Of a stretch of DNA of 32,000 bases, positions 19,057-29,671 are shown one piece after another. Under the pieces are notes generated by a model, which was not told the origin of the DNA, did not search any database, and saw only the letters and a list, made by a program, of their open reading frames with translations. Origin of the DNA: Candidatus Fokinia solitaria (GTDB lineage Bacteria; Pseudomonadota; Alphaproteobacteria; Rickettsiales; Midichloriaceae). How positions within the stretch are numbered: the stretch's first letter is position 1; each line of letters begins with the position of its first letter. Where the stretch lies: the NCBI RefSeq assembly GCF_003072485.1, contig NZ_CP025989.1:1-32000 (forward strand), read 5' to 3'. The translations under genes were made by a program, and so were the position numbers.

Positions 19057-19413
19057 ATGATAAACAGAAAGCGCAGAGCCGCAAGAACTAGAGTGAGAAT
19101 GAAGCTGCACAACAAATCGAATAGAATGAGAATGACGGTCTTTATATCGAATTGCCACATTTATTCTCAAGTGATTGACGATACAAGTGGTAACGTGTTA
19201 CTTGCAGCATCTACTTTGAGTATGAAAGCAGATTCCTCCAGTAAGCCAAATTATTCGAATGCTGCATGTGCGGTGCGGCTAGGACAGGAAATAGCGAAAA
19301 AATGTAAAGAGGCGAGTATAGAAAAGATAATATTCGATAAGGGCGCGAAGCGATACCATGGCGTTGTGAAAGCTTTTGCTGAGAGTGCACGTAGCAGCGG
19401 ATTAGATTTTTAG
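19057..19413 (+). CDS. rplR: 50S ribosomal protein L18
   Basis: RKRRAARTRVRMKL....RMTVFISNCHIYSQVIDD..GNVLLAASTLS, FDKGAKRYHGVVKAFAESARSSGLDF. Confidence 0.93.
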   Translation: MINRKRRAARTRVRMKLHNKSNRMRMTVFISNCHIYSQVIDDTSGNVLLAASTLSMKADSSSKPNYSNAACAVRLGQEIAKKCKEASIEKIIFDKGAKRYHGVVKAFAESARSSGLDF

Positions 19414-19419
19414 TTTTAT

Positions 19420-20166
19420 ATGTTTTCTCTAAAAAACAGAAGAGTACTGTTGACTGGCGCTACGGGAGGTATAGGGCAAGCGGTTACGAAATCTCTAATC
19501 GAAAGAGGAGCACTTGTAGTTGGCAGTGGTACCGCTAGCAATCATACTCTTCTTCTAGAGATGGAAAAGACATATAATGGACAATTTAAAGGCATACAAT
19601 GCGATTTAAGTGTTCCTTTTAGTGAAATCGATTTTTTTTTAAAAGAAGCAGAGAAAAAAGCGGAAGGTACGTTCGATACGTTAATATATAATGCCGGAGT
19701 TACTGCGGATAAATTAGCCTTACGTATGACTGAAAAAAATTGGATGGACGTAATTACCGTGAACCTTACGGCAGCATTTTTATGCTGTAAAGCTGTATTG
19801 CCAGAGATGATGAAAAGTCGATTTGGTAGGATAATAGTAACGTCATCGATAGTAGGCTTTACTGGAAATGTAGGGCAAGCAAATTATACTGCAAGCAAAG
19901 CTGGTATGATTGGCTTAATGAAGACATTTGCCTTGGAAGCAGCTGGTAGAAATGTTACCGTAAATGCGGTAGCACCTGGATTCATTAACACTAAAATGAC
20001 TGAAAAAATTCCTGAGGAGGTAAAACAAGAATTCTTAAAACGCATACCTCTAGGAAAATTTGGAGAGCCTGAAGACGTAGCCTCTGCTATAGTATTTCTC
20101 GCTTCGAGTGAAGCGCATTACATTACGGGAAGTACTCTGCATGTAAATGGTGGATTGTATATGTAA
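19420..20166 (+). CDS. fabG: 3-oxoacyl-[acyl-carrier-protein] reductase
   Basis: VLLTGATGGIGQAVTKSL, NAGVTADKLALRM, SSIVGFTGNVGQANYTASKAGMIGLMKTFALE, VNAVAPGFINTKMT, YITGSTLHVNGGLYM. Confidence 0.97.
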   Translation: MFSLKNRRVLLTGATGGIGQAVTKSLIERGALVVGSGTASNHTLLLEMEKTYNGQFKGIQCDLSVPFSEIDFFLKEAEKKAEGTFDTLIYNAGVTADKLALRMTEKNWMDVITVNLTAAFLCCKAVLPEMMKSRFGRIIVTSSIVGFTGNVGQANYTASKAGMIGLMKTFALEAAGRNVTVNAVAPGFINTKMTEKIPEEVKQEFLKRIPLGKFGEPEDVASAIVFLASSEAHYITGSTLHVNGGLYM

Positions 20167-20202
20167 TACATTCGTTTCTTTTTGTAGTTGCTATATTATT
20201 GT

Positions 20203-20230
20203 TTGACACAAGAAACAGAAAGTGTATTAA
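20203..20230 (+). promoter_or_regulatory. Candidate sigma70-type promoter of the nucleotide translocase gene
   Basis: TTGACA - 16 nt - TATTAA, 37 nt upstream of the ATG at 20268. Confidence 0.45.
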
Positions 20231-20267
20231 ATTGGTTGAAATGTTACTCACCTAAATACAAGAAATT

Positions 20268-21686
20268 ATGAATGAGAGATTACGTTTCACAGCTTATGGA
20301 GGTTTATTTAAGCGTTTCTTTAGCTTAAGTAAGGTAGAATTTTGGAAATTGATGATAAGCGGCTTGCTGTTCTTTCTCATCATTTCTTCTTACACGATAG
20401 TCAAAGAACTGCAAAATATAGTTTTTCCAGCTTTTTTAGGTATAGATAAGGTTCCGCTCGCAAAGCTGATCACACTGCTTTCATTACTTCCCGCTGCTTT
20501 GGTAGATGCTTACCTCGTAGATCGTGTACGTAGATCAACTTTACTAGTTATATATTTAGCAATATGGGTGATAATAGGACTGTATATGTCGTTCGGTTTA
20601 CCACTAAATTCTCTTAATTTGTCATCCACAAAGGTTACTCTGACTACCTTTCAAAGTTCTACTATATGGGCATTTTTCTTGTTTGTAGAAGGCTATACAG
20701 TATTCTTGATGTCAACTTTTTGGTCATTTACTAATTCTATTAGCAATCCGAAAAGTGCAAAGCATACGTATGGCTTCATAGTAGCATCGTCGAAATTAGG
20801 AGGAATGCTGACAGCAATTCTAGCATGGGCACTGTTCTCCACATCCATAGGATTAGGATTTAGTACAATAGGGAAACTAAAGTTATTGATGATACTTGCT
20901 GTATCGTTGCTTGCGATTGCTTTGTTTATCATTTATCTTGCGATGGAATACTTGCCGTCTGATGTCTTCAAAGGATATCATAATGTCGCAATTACAGAAG
21001 AGAAAGTGCAAAAAACGGGTATATTTAATGGCATCAAGCTTCTGTTCGTCAATAGATATGTGTTCGGTATATTTGTGTTAATGCTGTGTACAGATGCAAT
21101 TAATGAAGTAGTTAATTATCAAAGGCTGAATTTTATATTTAATCAAGCAAAAAACTCTTCTGGCTTTAATGATGCAAGAATAGTGCATCTAGCTTCTTCT
21201 GCATATTCTCAGATTGCTTACATGCAGCTTACTGCATTTATATTATCGTTCTTTGTTACAAACGGATTGTTGAGATTTATAGGTGTGCGACGTTCTCTCT
21301 TTATAGTGCCGACTTTTGTAGGTATTGGCGTTACTCTCTATTTCTTAACTGGTATGCATCAGTTGATTATATATTTGTATGTGTCGTTACACGCACTTAA
21401 CTATAGTCTTGGTACTCCTGTTAGAGAAAGTTTATACGTTGTTACAGATAGAGATGTGCAGGTGAAGAGTAAGTTTGTGATTGATGCATGTGCAGTTAAG
21501 TTGTCAAAATCTTTCTCTCAAGGTTTCAATTACTACAATGTACAGTATATACTCTCTACTTTCGGTAAGCGTATATCGCTTCTTGCAAATAATGTTTTTA
21601 TGTTGAGTTTTTGCGCTATATGGATTTGTGCGGCTTATTTTATGGGCAAAGCGTATGAAAGTAAAAATAAAGAAAAAGCTGAATAA
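20268..21686 (+). CDS. tlc: Tlc/NTT family ATP/ADP (nucleotide) translocase
   Basis: FWKLMISGLLFFLIISSYTIVKELQNIVFPAFLGIDKVPLAKL, FWSFTNSISNPKSAKHTYGFIVASSKLGG, GTPVRESLYVVTDRDVQVKSKFVIDACAVKLSKSFSQGF; ~12 TM segments. Confidence 0.95.
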   Translation: MNERLRFTAYGGLFKRFFSLSKVEFWKLMISGLLFFLIISSYTIVKELQNIVFPAFLGIDKVPLAKLITLLSLLPAALVDAYLVDRVRRSTLLVIYLAIWVIIGLYMSFGLPLNSLNLSSTKVTLTTFQSSTIWAFFLFVEGYTVFLMSTFWSFTNSISNPKSAKHTYGFIVASSKLGGMLTAILAWALFSTSIGLGFSTIGKLKLLMILAVSLLAIALFIIYLAMEYLPSDVFKGYHNVAITEEKVQKTGIFNGIKLLFVNRYVFGIFVLMLCTDAINEVVNYQRLNFIFNQAKNSSGFNDARIVHLASSAYSQIAYMQLTAFILSFFVTNGLLRFIGVRRSLFIVPTFVGIGVTLYFLTGMHQLIIYLYVSLHALNYSLGTPVRESLYVVTDRDVQVKSKFVIDACAVKLSKSFSQGFNYYNVQYILSTFGKRISLLANNVFMLSFCAIWICAAYFMGKAYESKNKEKAE

Positions 21687-21860
21687 ATGTGTGTAATCGT
21701 TTCTTTATTTACCTGCGCAGCCATTCATTACATCCTTGATGTTAATATTTAGAAAAAATTCTCTCGGTATTGCTTTATAGCGATGTGGAAAATTTGAGAA
21801 TTTTCTTTCTACTTCTGCATCATACTTGATACTGTGTGCTATTTTTGTTAAATCATTAGT

Positions 21861-21946
21861 GGACAGGTGGTCGAGCGGTCTAAGGCTCCGGTCTTGAAAA
21901 CCGGCGTACGTTATGCGTACCGTGGGTTCGAATCCCACCCTGTCCG
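21861..21946 (+). tRNA. tRNA-Ser(TGA)
   Basis: GGACAGG/CCTGTCC acceptor stem, long variable arm CGTACGTTATGCGTACC, anticodon loop CTTGAAA (TGA), T arm GTGGGTTCGAATCCCAC; CCA not encoded. Confidence 0.95.
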
Positions 21947-22237
21947 CCGATGGAGTAGGAAGTGTATGAAGATGATGATGTTTTTATTTTCCTTCTATAC
22001 GTTAAGTAGTCGCTATAGTCTTTAGTATTGCAATGACTCCCTTCTCTTTTTTCGATGATATGCGCGTAAAAAGCTTGAAGCGCTGATCTCTAGGAAGATT
22101 TTTTTCATTCTTATCGATCAATGATCGTATTTCATTTTATTTTACGATCTTATATGGCTTTTTGCAGATTTGACGAGGTATTTACTAAATACTGAAAAAA
22201 ATCTATTATTAACCCTTATACTTATTAAGAAAGTGTC

Positions 22238-23497
22238 ATGAATGGTAAATTTCACAGATATAATTTATTTCTGTGGTTCCTTTGTGCTTTTTTTTATTTC
22301 TATCAATTTATAGGAAGAATCTCTCCTATTGGCATGGCGAAGCAGTTCTCAGAAGAATTGCATCTTAAAGCAAGCGAATTTGGCCTTGTCACTTCTACCT
22401 GGTATTGGGCATATTCCATAATGCAAATCCCTATGGGTATAATGTTAGATAGAATAAAAGCGCATTATCTTTTTTTCTTTGCTGCAGTACTAGCTGGCAC
22501 AAGTTCGTTATTATTCTCTTTGAGTCATACTCTTTTCTTGGCATGTATCGCGCGTTTTATGCTCGGTATTGCGGCATCTACTGGATTTATCGGCGCAATG
22601 AAGGTAGCTTCTTCGCTTTTTCCAAAGGAAAAATTACCGATATTTTCTGGCATTACTAGTGCAATAGGTACCTTTACGCCGGTATTTGGTAGCAAGCTTA
22701 TTGCTGATGCAGTATTATATTACGGGTGGCGTGATTTCTGCTTATTTCTCTTTTACGTTGGTATTGCTATATCCATGGCGTTTCCACTGTTTTTTTGGAA
22801 ACAGAAGCTGAAGCAAGATCGAGATGGTACTATCGATCATAATCTCCCGCTTCTAACACAGATGAGAAACGTTATAAGTGAGAGAAATGTTATTGTATTA
22901 GGTGTGCTTGGTTTAATACTGTATACTCCACTCACAGCGCTTGCTGATTTATGGGGGCCGTTAATTATCAGTTCTTTATATGAAGTAGATCAAATAAAAG
23001 CGATCAGTATCAGTAGGCTCATATATGCAGGATTTGGTATAGGCGCGCTTGGAGTAGGCTTTATACGAAAATTAGTGAACAATGTGTATTACGCTTTTTC
23101 CAGTGTGTGCGCGCTAGCATTCTGTATCATATTTGCTGTTACAGTCTTACATCAATTTATTAGTCTGACAATTCTAGGAATATTATTATTCCTACTTGGT
23201 TTCTTTTGTTCTTTAGAGTGTGTTGTTTTTTCTGAAGCAATAATTTGTGTTCAGAAAAAGCGAATAGGACTTACCTTAGGTTTTATTAATACGATGACGA
23301 TGCTTGGCGGTGCAATATTACAGCCAGTAATTGGCCTTGTATTGGATTTGCTATGGCGTGGAAAAATGGAACATGGCATAAGAGAATATGGTGCATATGA
23401 GTATGGAGGCGCCATCGTGATTATTGAAATGATAATGATTGCTGGATTATGTATAGGGCTGTACTGGCAAAAAAGTTTTAGTAGAAGCGCGCAATGA
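22238..23497 (+). CDS. Major facilitator superfamily transporter (paralogue 1)
   Basis: 12-TM profile; FFYFYQFIGRISP.., WAYSIMQIPMGIMLDRI, ARFMLGIAASTGFIGAMK. Confidence 0.88.
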   Translation: MNGKFHRYNLFLWFLCAFFYFYQFIGRISPIGMAKQFSEELHLKASEFGLVTSTWYWAYSIMQIPMGIMLDRIKAHYLFFFAAVLAGTSSLLFSLSHTLFLACIARFMLGIAASTGFIGAMKVASSLFPKEKLPIFSGITSAIGTFTPVFGSKLIADAVLYYGWRDFCLFLFYVGIAISMAFPLFFWKQKLKQDRDGTIDHNLPLLTQMRNVISERNVIVLGVLGLILYTPLTALADLWGPLIISSLYEVDQIKAISISRLIYAGFGIGALGVGFIRKLVNNVYYAFSSVCALAFCIIFAVTVLHQFISLTILGILLFLLGFFCSLECVVFSEAIICVQKKRIGLTLGFINTMTMLGGAILQPVIGLVLDLLWRGKMEHGIREYGAYEYGGAIVIIEMIMIAGLCIGLYWQKSFSRSAQ

Positions 23498-24465
23498 TGG
23501 ATATGAGTTTTGTTGTAGGAGAGAGTGAGAACAATCTACGTATAGAGAAGGCTATCGTAAAGTTTGCTCAGACAAATAATTTTATACTCAATTTTAGAGA
23601 TGTGTCGATTTTTCTCAGAAAAGGTCTACTTTATCATAACGAGAAAAAGGTTAAAAGATCGATGATTGTGCAAGAAGGCGATAGAATTCTTGTAAAGTAC
23701 TTTCATCATCGTCATGTAGCAACGGAAAAGAAACAGATTAACGAAGAAATAGCTGAAGCATTTTTGATAAAAGTAAGAAAGAATATAATATATGACACTA
23801 AGGATTTTTTAGTTCTTAATAAGGAAGCTGGATGGGCGGTACAAGGTGGTAGTAATATTAAAGTTAGTATCGATGATATTTTGCCATTACTGGATGATAA
23901 ATGCACGATGAAGTTAGTGCATAGGATAGATATGCGTACCAGTGGCGCGTTGTTAATCGCAAAAAATGGCAATTATGCGAAAGTACTAAGTGAAATGTTC
24001 GCGCAACATGAAATACGTAAAATATATATCGGAATTGTCGTGATGAATGATTTAAGTATATCAATACGCGACAATAGTGTTACTCATGATGTTATCAAAT
24101 ACTATGAAAAAGATAGATTGAAGCAGCGAGATGCCATAACAAAGCATAAAGTATTATGCCGTTCGCCAGAGGCTAATATTATGCTTATGCAATTTGAAAT
24201 AGAAACAGGAAGAAAACATCAAGTACGGATTCATGCGATGAATGCAGGTATGCCGATTTTAGGTGATGAGAAATACGGTAGGCGTAAAAAAATTCTTGCA
24301 CAAGGGCATATACATGATGAGATGTTTCTGCATTCTTATAGGGTACAGTTCGAGTATAAAAATGATAAAGTGGATGTAATAGCTCCTCTTCCGACTCATT
24401 TTATTGAGATGTGTAATGAGTATTTTCCTTCAATATCAATAAAGAACAGAATGTTCGAAAACTGA
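23494..24465 (+). CDS. rluC: RluC/RluD-family 23S rRNA pseudouridine synthase
   Basis: LVLNKEAGWAVQGG, LVHRIDMRTSGALLIAK, RKIYIGIV, ETGRKHQVRIHAMNAGMPILGDEKYG; ATG overlap with upstream MFS gene. Confidence 0.9.
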   Translation: MMDMSFVVGESENNLRIEKAIVKFAQTNNFILNFRDVSIFLRKGLLYHNEKKVKRSMIVQEGDRILVKYFHHRHVATEKKQINEEIAEAFLIKVRKNIIYDTKDFLVLNKEAGWAVQGGSNIKVSIDDILPLLDDKCTMKLVHRIDMRTSGALLIAKNGNYAKVLSEMFAQHEIRKIYIGIVVMNDLSISIRDNSVTHDVIKYYEKDRLKQRDAITKHKVLCRSPEANIMLMQFEIETGRKHQVRIHAMNAGMPILGDEKYGRRKKILAQGHIHDEMFLHSYRVQFEYKNDKVDVIAPLPTHFIEMCNEYFPSISIKNRMFEN

Positions 24466-24641
24466 TAATAAGCTTCGATAAAGTCGCGAAAGAAGTTCAC
24501 TAATCGCATTGCTACTTCTGAAATAGTGGCGCAAGTGAAGTTCTATAATTTACAGATCATATCTCATGGTTCATAATATCGTCATACCGATCCTTATATT
24601 TCTGTATCGCATTTAAATTTATAAAAATTTTCTTCTTAAAG

Positions 24642-25889
24642 ATGCAAAATGCTTCTTCCCGCTTTCTTAAGGCACTCTTCATTTGGGGGATAGGGTGCTT
24701 TTTTTATTTCTATCAGTTCATAGGTAGGATTATACCTAGTATTACCTCAGAGCAATTAATGCATGATCTCAATTTATCTGCTTCCGCTTTTGCTGTTTCA
24801 TCATCTTCTTGGTACATAGCATATGCGATTGCACAGTTGCCGCTTGGCTTATTGCTAGATGTTTATAATCCAAAAAGAGTGATGTCACTCTCATGCCTTA
24901 TTATTGCGCTTGGCTCTTATGTTGTTGCAGTATCTCACTCTTATCATGTACTTGCACTTGGTCGTGTATTAATGGGTATAGGCTCTTCCGGTGCTTTAAT
25001 CAGTACTATGAAAATATCGAGACTGCTTTTTTCTCCTGCAATGTTTCCTGTAGCAAGCAGTACTACTATAGCAATAGGCGTTTTAGCGCCTATTTTCTGC
25101 AATCTTTTTGCATCTGATACAATTGCTATTATAGGGTGGCGCATGTCGTTTCTTTATACTGCAATTCTAGGTATTGTACTTTCTTTTATTATGGCGTTGT
25201 TTGTTCAAACTCCAGCTTCCGATAATGAGAAAAAATCTGCGATGTGTGGTAAGGTGTTAAAAAATCCGGAGTTAATTGCTATAGGTGTTATTGCGCTCAT
25301 ACTCTATTCAATTGTTTCAGCTATAGGAGATATGTGGGGTGCTACTTTTTTTACTGTGGTATTTGATATTTCTCCTATGAGTGGACAATTTGTAAATATC
25401 ATGATCTATATTGGTTATTCTATTGGATGTTTTCTTATAGGTTGGATTGTAAATAAAATTGATAGCATCTATTTGGTCCACTTTATATCTTCTGCGGCAA
25501 TTGCGGTAATATTAGGATGCTTGAGCTTTTGTAGTTTCGATATAGATTTAGTTTCAGCATCACTACTAATGTTTTTTATAGGAATTTTAGCATCTTCGAA
25601 AGTTCTCACCTTTACGCAGTCTGTGCTTATTGCTGATAAAAGTAGTACTGGTACTGCTATTGCTCTTGTAAATTGTATGACGATGCTTGGCGGCACACTA
25701 TGTCAATCTGGTATAGGCATTATTATGGATATGACGTGGAATGGTGCGGTAAGCGAAAATGGACGTAGAATATATGCAGTAAAAGATTATAAAGCTGGCT
25801 TATCTTTCATTTTTCTTCTCTTCATACTATCTGCATGCCTTTCCTTATACTTTTTGAAGAAAAACAACAGAAATCGCAAAGTTAGTTAA
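24642..25889 (+). CDS. Major facilitator superfamily transporter (paralogue 2)
   Basis: 12-TM profile; CFFYFYQFIGRIIPSITSEQL, WYIAYAIAQLPLGLLLDVY, GRVLMGIGSSGALISTMKI, clearly homologous to 22238..23497. Confidence 0.88.
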   Translation: MQNASSRFLKALFIWGIGCFFYFYQFIGRIIPSITSEQLMHDLNLSASAFAVSSSSWYIAYAIAQLPLGLLLDVYNPKRVMSLSCLIIALGSYVVAVSHSYHVLALGRVLMGIGSSGALISTMKISRLLFSPAMFPVASSTTIAIGVLAPIFCNLFASDTIAIIGWRMSFLYTAILGIVLSFIMALFVQTPASDNEKKSAMCGKVLKNPELIAIGVIALILYSIVSAIGDMWGATFFTVVFDISPMSGQFVNIMIYIGYSIGCFLIGWIVNKIDSIYLVHFISSAAIAVILGCLSFCSFDIDLVSASLLMFFIGILASSKVLTFTQSVLIADKSSTGTAIALVNCMTMLGGTLCQSGIGIIMDMTWNGAVSENGRRIYAVKDYKAGLSFIFLLFILSACLSLYFLKKNNRNRKVS

Positions 25890-27477
25890 GAACTTTTTCT
25901 ATCTCACTGCATCCCTTTACGTGTTGTATATTCATTATATTGATGATGCTTAATATAATGTTCTTAGCTACAGGGCCAGCAGTAATACTACCAGTAGTAA
26001 TATAGTGGTTATATGCGTTCTTTTTAGGATGTCTTATAGCTACGTATATTGCATACTTAGGCTTATTGCATGGAAAAATGCTGAAAAAGTATCCGTTATT
26101 CATGTTTTTACTGTATTTTCCGTGTTGCAGTACCTCTGCTGTACCGCTTTTGCCGCCAATACAGTAGCCTTCTATCGCGAATTTTTTCGTCGCTGAACTA
26201 TTAATAACGTAATGTAATAAGTATTGCATTTTTTTTACTGTATCCGATTTTAATACCCTCACTTTTTTTACAGTCTGTTTCTCGTTTCTTATAAATTGAG
26301 GAGAAATGAGAAAACCGCCGTTGATAGTACTAGCAAGAGCGGTAATTGCATGAAGTGGAGTGACTGCTATTCCATAGCCGTAACTCATCGTGATGAGAGA
26401 AGCATAATTCCACTTAGCAAGCGGTGGAAAGAGTGGAGTAGTTACTTCAGGAAAGTCAGATTCTACTTTTTCTAATAATTTGAATTTTCGAAAATATTCT
26501 ATCTGCTGTTTTATGCCAAATCTGTTTGCTATTGTACCGATACCAATATTGGATGAGTAAGCTAGTACTTGTGCAGTTGATATGATTGGACTTTTCATCA
26601 TGTAATCCGTAATGGTAAAACGACCTATCGTTAGCGGCTGTGAAACGTGAAATTTTTCATTCAAAGAAACTGAATTAGTATCTAATCCTATTGCCATACT
26701 TAAAACCTTAAAAGTAGAGCCCATTTCCATTACGGACATTGAAGCTTTATTAAAAGTTGCATCTTGATCAGCGTACTGCGAAGCATTAGGATTAAAATCC
26801 GGAATACTTACTGAGGCTAATATTTCTCCATTTGTTACATCCATAACTATTGCTGTACCTGATTCTGCTTCGTTGAGTGTTATGCCGTTAGAAAGTGCAT
26901 GATGTGCTGCGCCTTGTATTCTAATATCAATATTAGTGTACAGTTCTTTTGCCTCGGAATATTGCGGTATTTCGAGTATTTTTTCCAATCCTGCTAACGC
27001 ATTATTGTCTAGATCAACATAGCCTACTACATGAGAAGATATCTCAGAATGAGGATAAAAACGTTTTATATCTTTAATGCAGTATAAGCCTGATAGTCCT
27101 AATTCTCTTATTTTATGCTCTTCAGCAGGAGAAATATGCCTTTTAAGCCACATAAATGTACTTTTATTGTTGATATGTTTCTCTATCTTTTTATCTAAAT
27201 CTTTAAATTCGAAAGATGAAAGTTTAGTGATAAATTCATTTATATCTAGTATTTCCTGAGGATTGGCATAGATAGAATATGTATGTAAATTAGTTGCGAG
27301 TATCGCACCGTTTCTGTCTTTTATAGGAGGCTTGATTTTATTAGTATAACGAGAAGTGATTTCGTGATTGTCGAAGTGCTTTGAAAAGGCGATGAAGAGC
27401 AATTTGCAAATTATTGCACAGTAAAACGCTAATATAATACCTAAGGCTATAAGTATCCTTTGAGTTTTAGAAAGCAT
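25882..27477 (-). CDS. ftsI: Class B penicillin-binding protein / peptidoglycan transpeptidase (FtsI-like)
   Basis: PPIKDRNGAILATNLHTYSIYANP, SVMEMGSTFKVLS (SxxK), YSSNIGIG (SxN), GGKSGTAEV (KSG). Confidence 0.9.
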   Translation of the reverse strand: MLSKTQRILIALGIILAFYCAIICKLLFIAFSKHFDNHEITSRYTNKIKPPIKDRNGAILATNLHTYSIYANPQEILDINEFITKLSSFEFKDLDKKIEKHINNKSTFMWLKRHISPAEEHKIRELGLSGLYCIKDIKRFYPHSEISSHVVGYVDLDNNALAGLEKILEIPQYSEAKELYTNIDIRIQGAAHHALSNGITLNEAESGTAIVMDVTNGEILASVSIPDFNPNASQYADQDATFNKASMSVMEMGSTFKVLSMAIGLDTNSVSLNEKFHVSQPLTIGRFTITDYMMKSPIISTAQVLAYSSNIGIGTIANRFGIKQQIEYFRKFKLLEKVESDFPEVTTPLFPPLAKWNYASLITMSYGYGIAVTPLHAITALASTINGGFLISPQFIRNEKQTVKKVRVLKSDTVKKMQYLLHYVINSSATKKFAIEGYCIGGKSGTAEVLQHGKYSKNMNNGYFFSIFPCNKPKYAIYVAIRHPKKNAYNHYITTGSITAGPVAKNIILSIINIMNIQHVKGCSEIEKVLN

Positions 27478-27589
27478 TTAGATGATTTTTTTATATCCAA
27501 GTATATGTATAATCAGCGATATAGTAGTGTTTCTGAGAATAATGAGCAAGAATTTGGTATGCGATTTAAAAAAATGCTGCTAATTCATG

Positions 27590-27618
27590 TTGACTACTTA
27601 CTATACTGCGTGTATAAA
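27590..27618 (+). promoter_or_regulatory. Candidate sigma70-type promoter of the 16S rRNA gene
   Basis: TTGACT - 17 nt - TATAAA, about 90 nt upstream of the predicted 16S 5' end. Confidence 0.5.
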
Positions 27619-27711
27619 GTGATCTTGCTGTCGTATAGGCAGTGCGTATCATAGAAGTAAAGAAAAGAGAGACGGTAAGTAATTTTTGAGCGTACAGATG
27701 TATAAGGTTCA

Positions 27712-29240
<1,529 letters not shown>

Positions 29241-29671
29241 TATAAAAAATTATATAAAATTCGTATATCTCTGCTTCTAAAAGCTTATTGTCTCTCTTTT
29301 CTTTGCTTTCTTGTGCTTCATTCATAGCACTTCTTCCTTAGTAGCAAGTTCATCGCTGCTTTTCGGCATGCTTCATTTATCTGAGGTCTCTATTAGCTGC
29401 TACTATCGTCTCCTCATATGACGTTCAGTAGTTTTCTTTAATCTTTGGTAATGGACGTAAAGCTATAGAAGCGAGGAAAAATACTCTGAGTAAATTGTAT
29501 TACTGCCATACTGTATTTACTTATCTACTTATCAGTTCACTCATTATTATACTTGGAATAAGACACTACTTTTGATGAAGGCGATAACATCGTTTATCAT
29601 TGATAAAAAAACTTCGAATAGAGAAGAATTTACTCTTAGAAGGCTTTTTACAGTCTTTTGATGCTACTTTT

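Noticed and set aside
26638-26665. GTGAAACGTGAAA-like sequence in the ftsI region considered as a second parS
   Set aside because: It is not palindromic and does not match TGTTTCACGTGAAACA.
27460-27654. 64-aa plus-strand ORF between ftsI and 16S
   Set aside because: Contains the promoter-like TTGACT/TATAAA for 16S and has no recognisable domain; likely noncoding.
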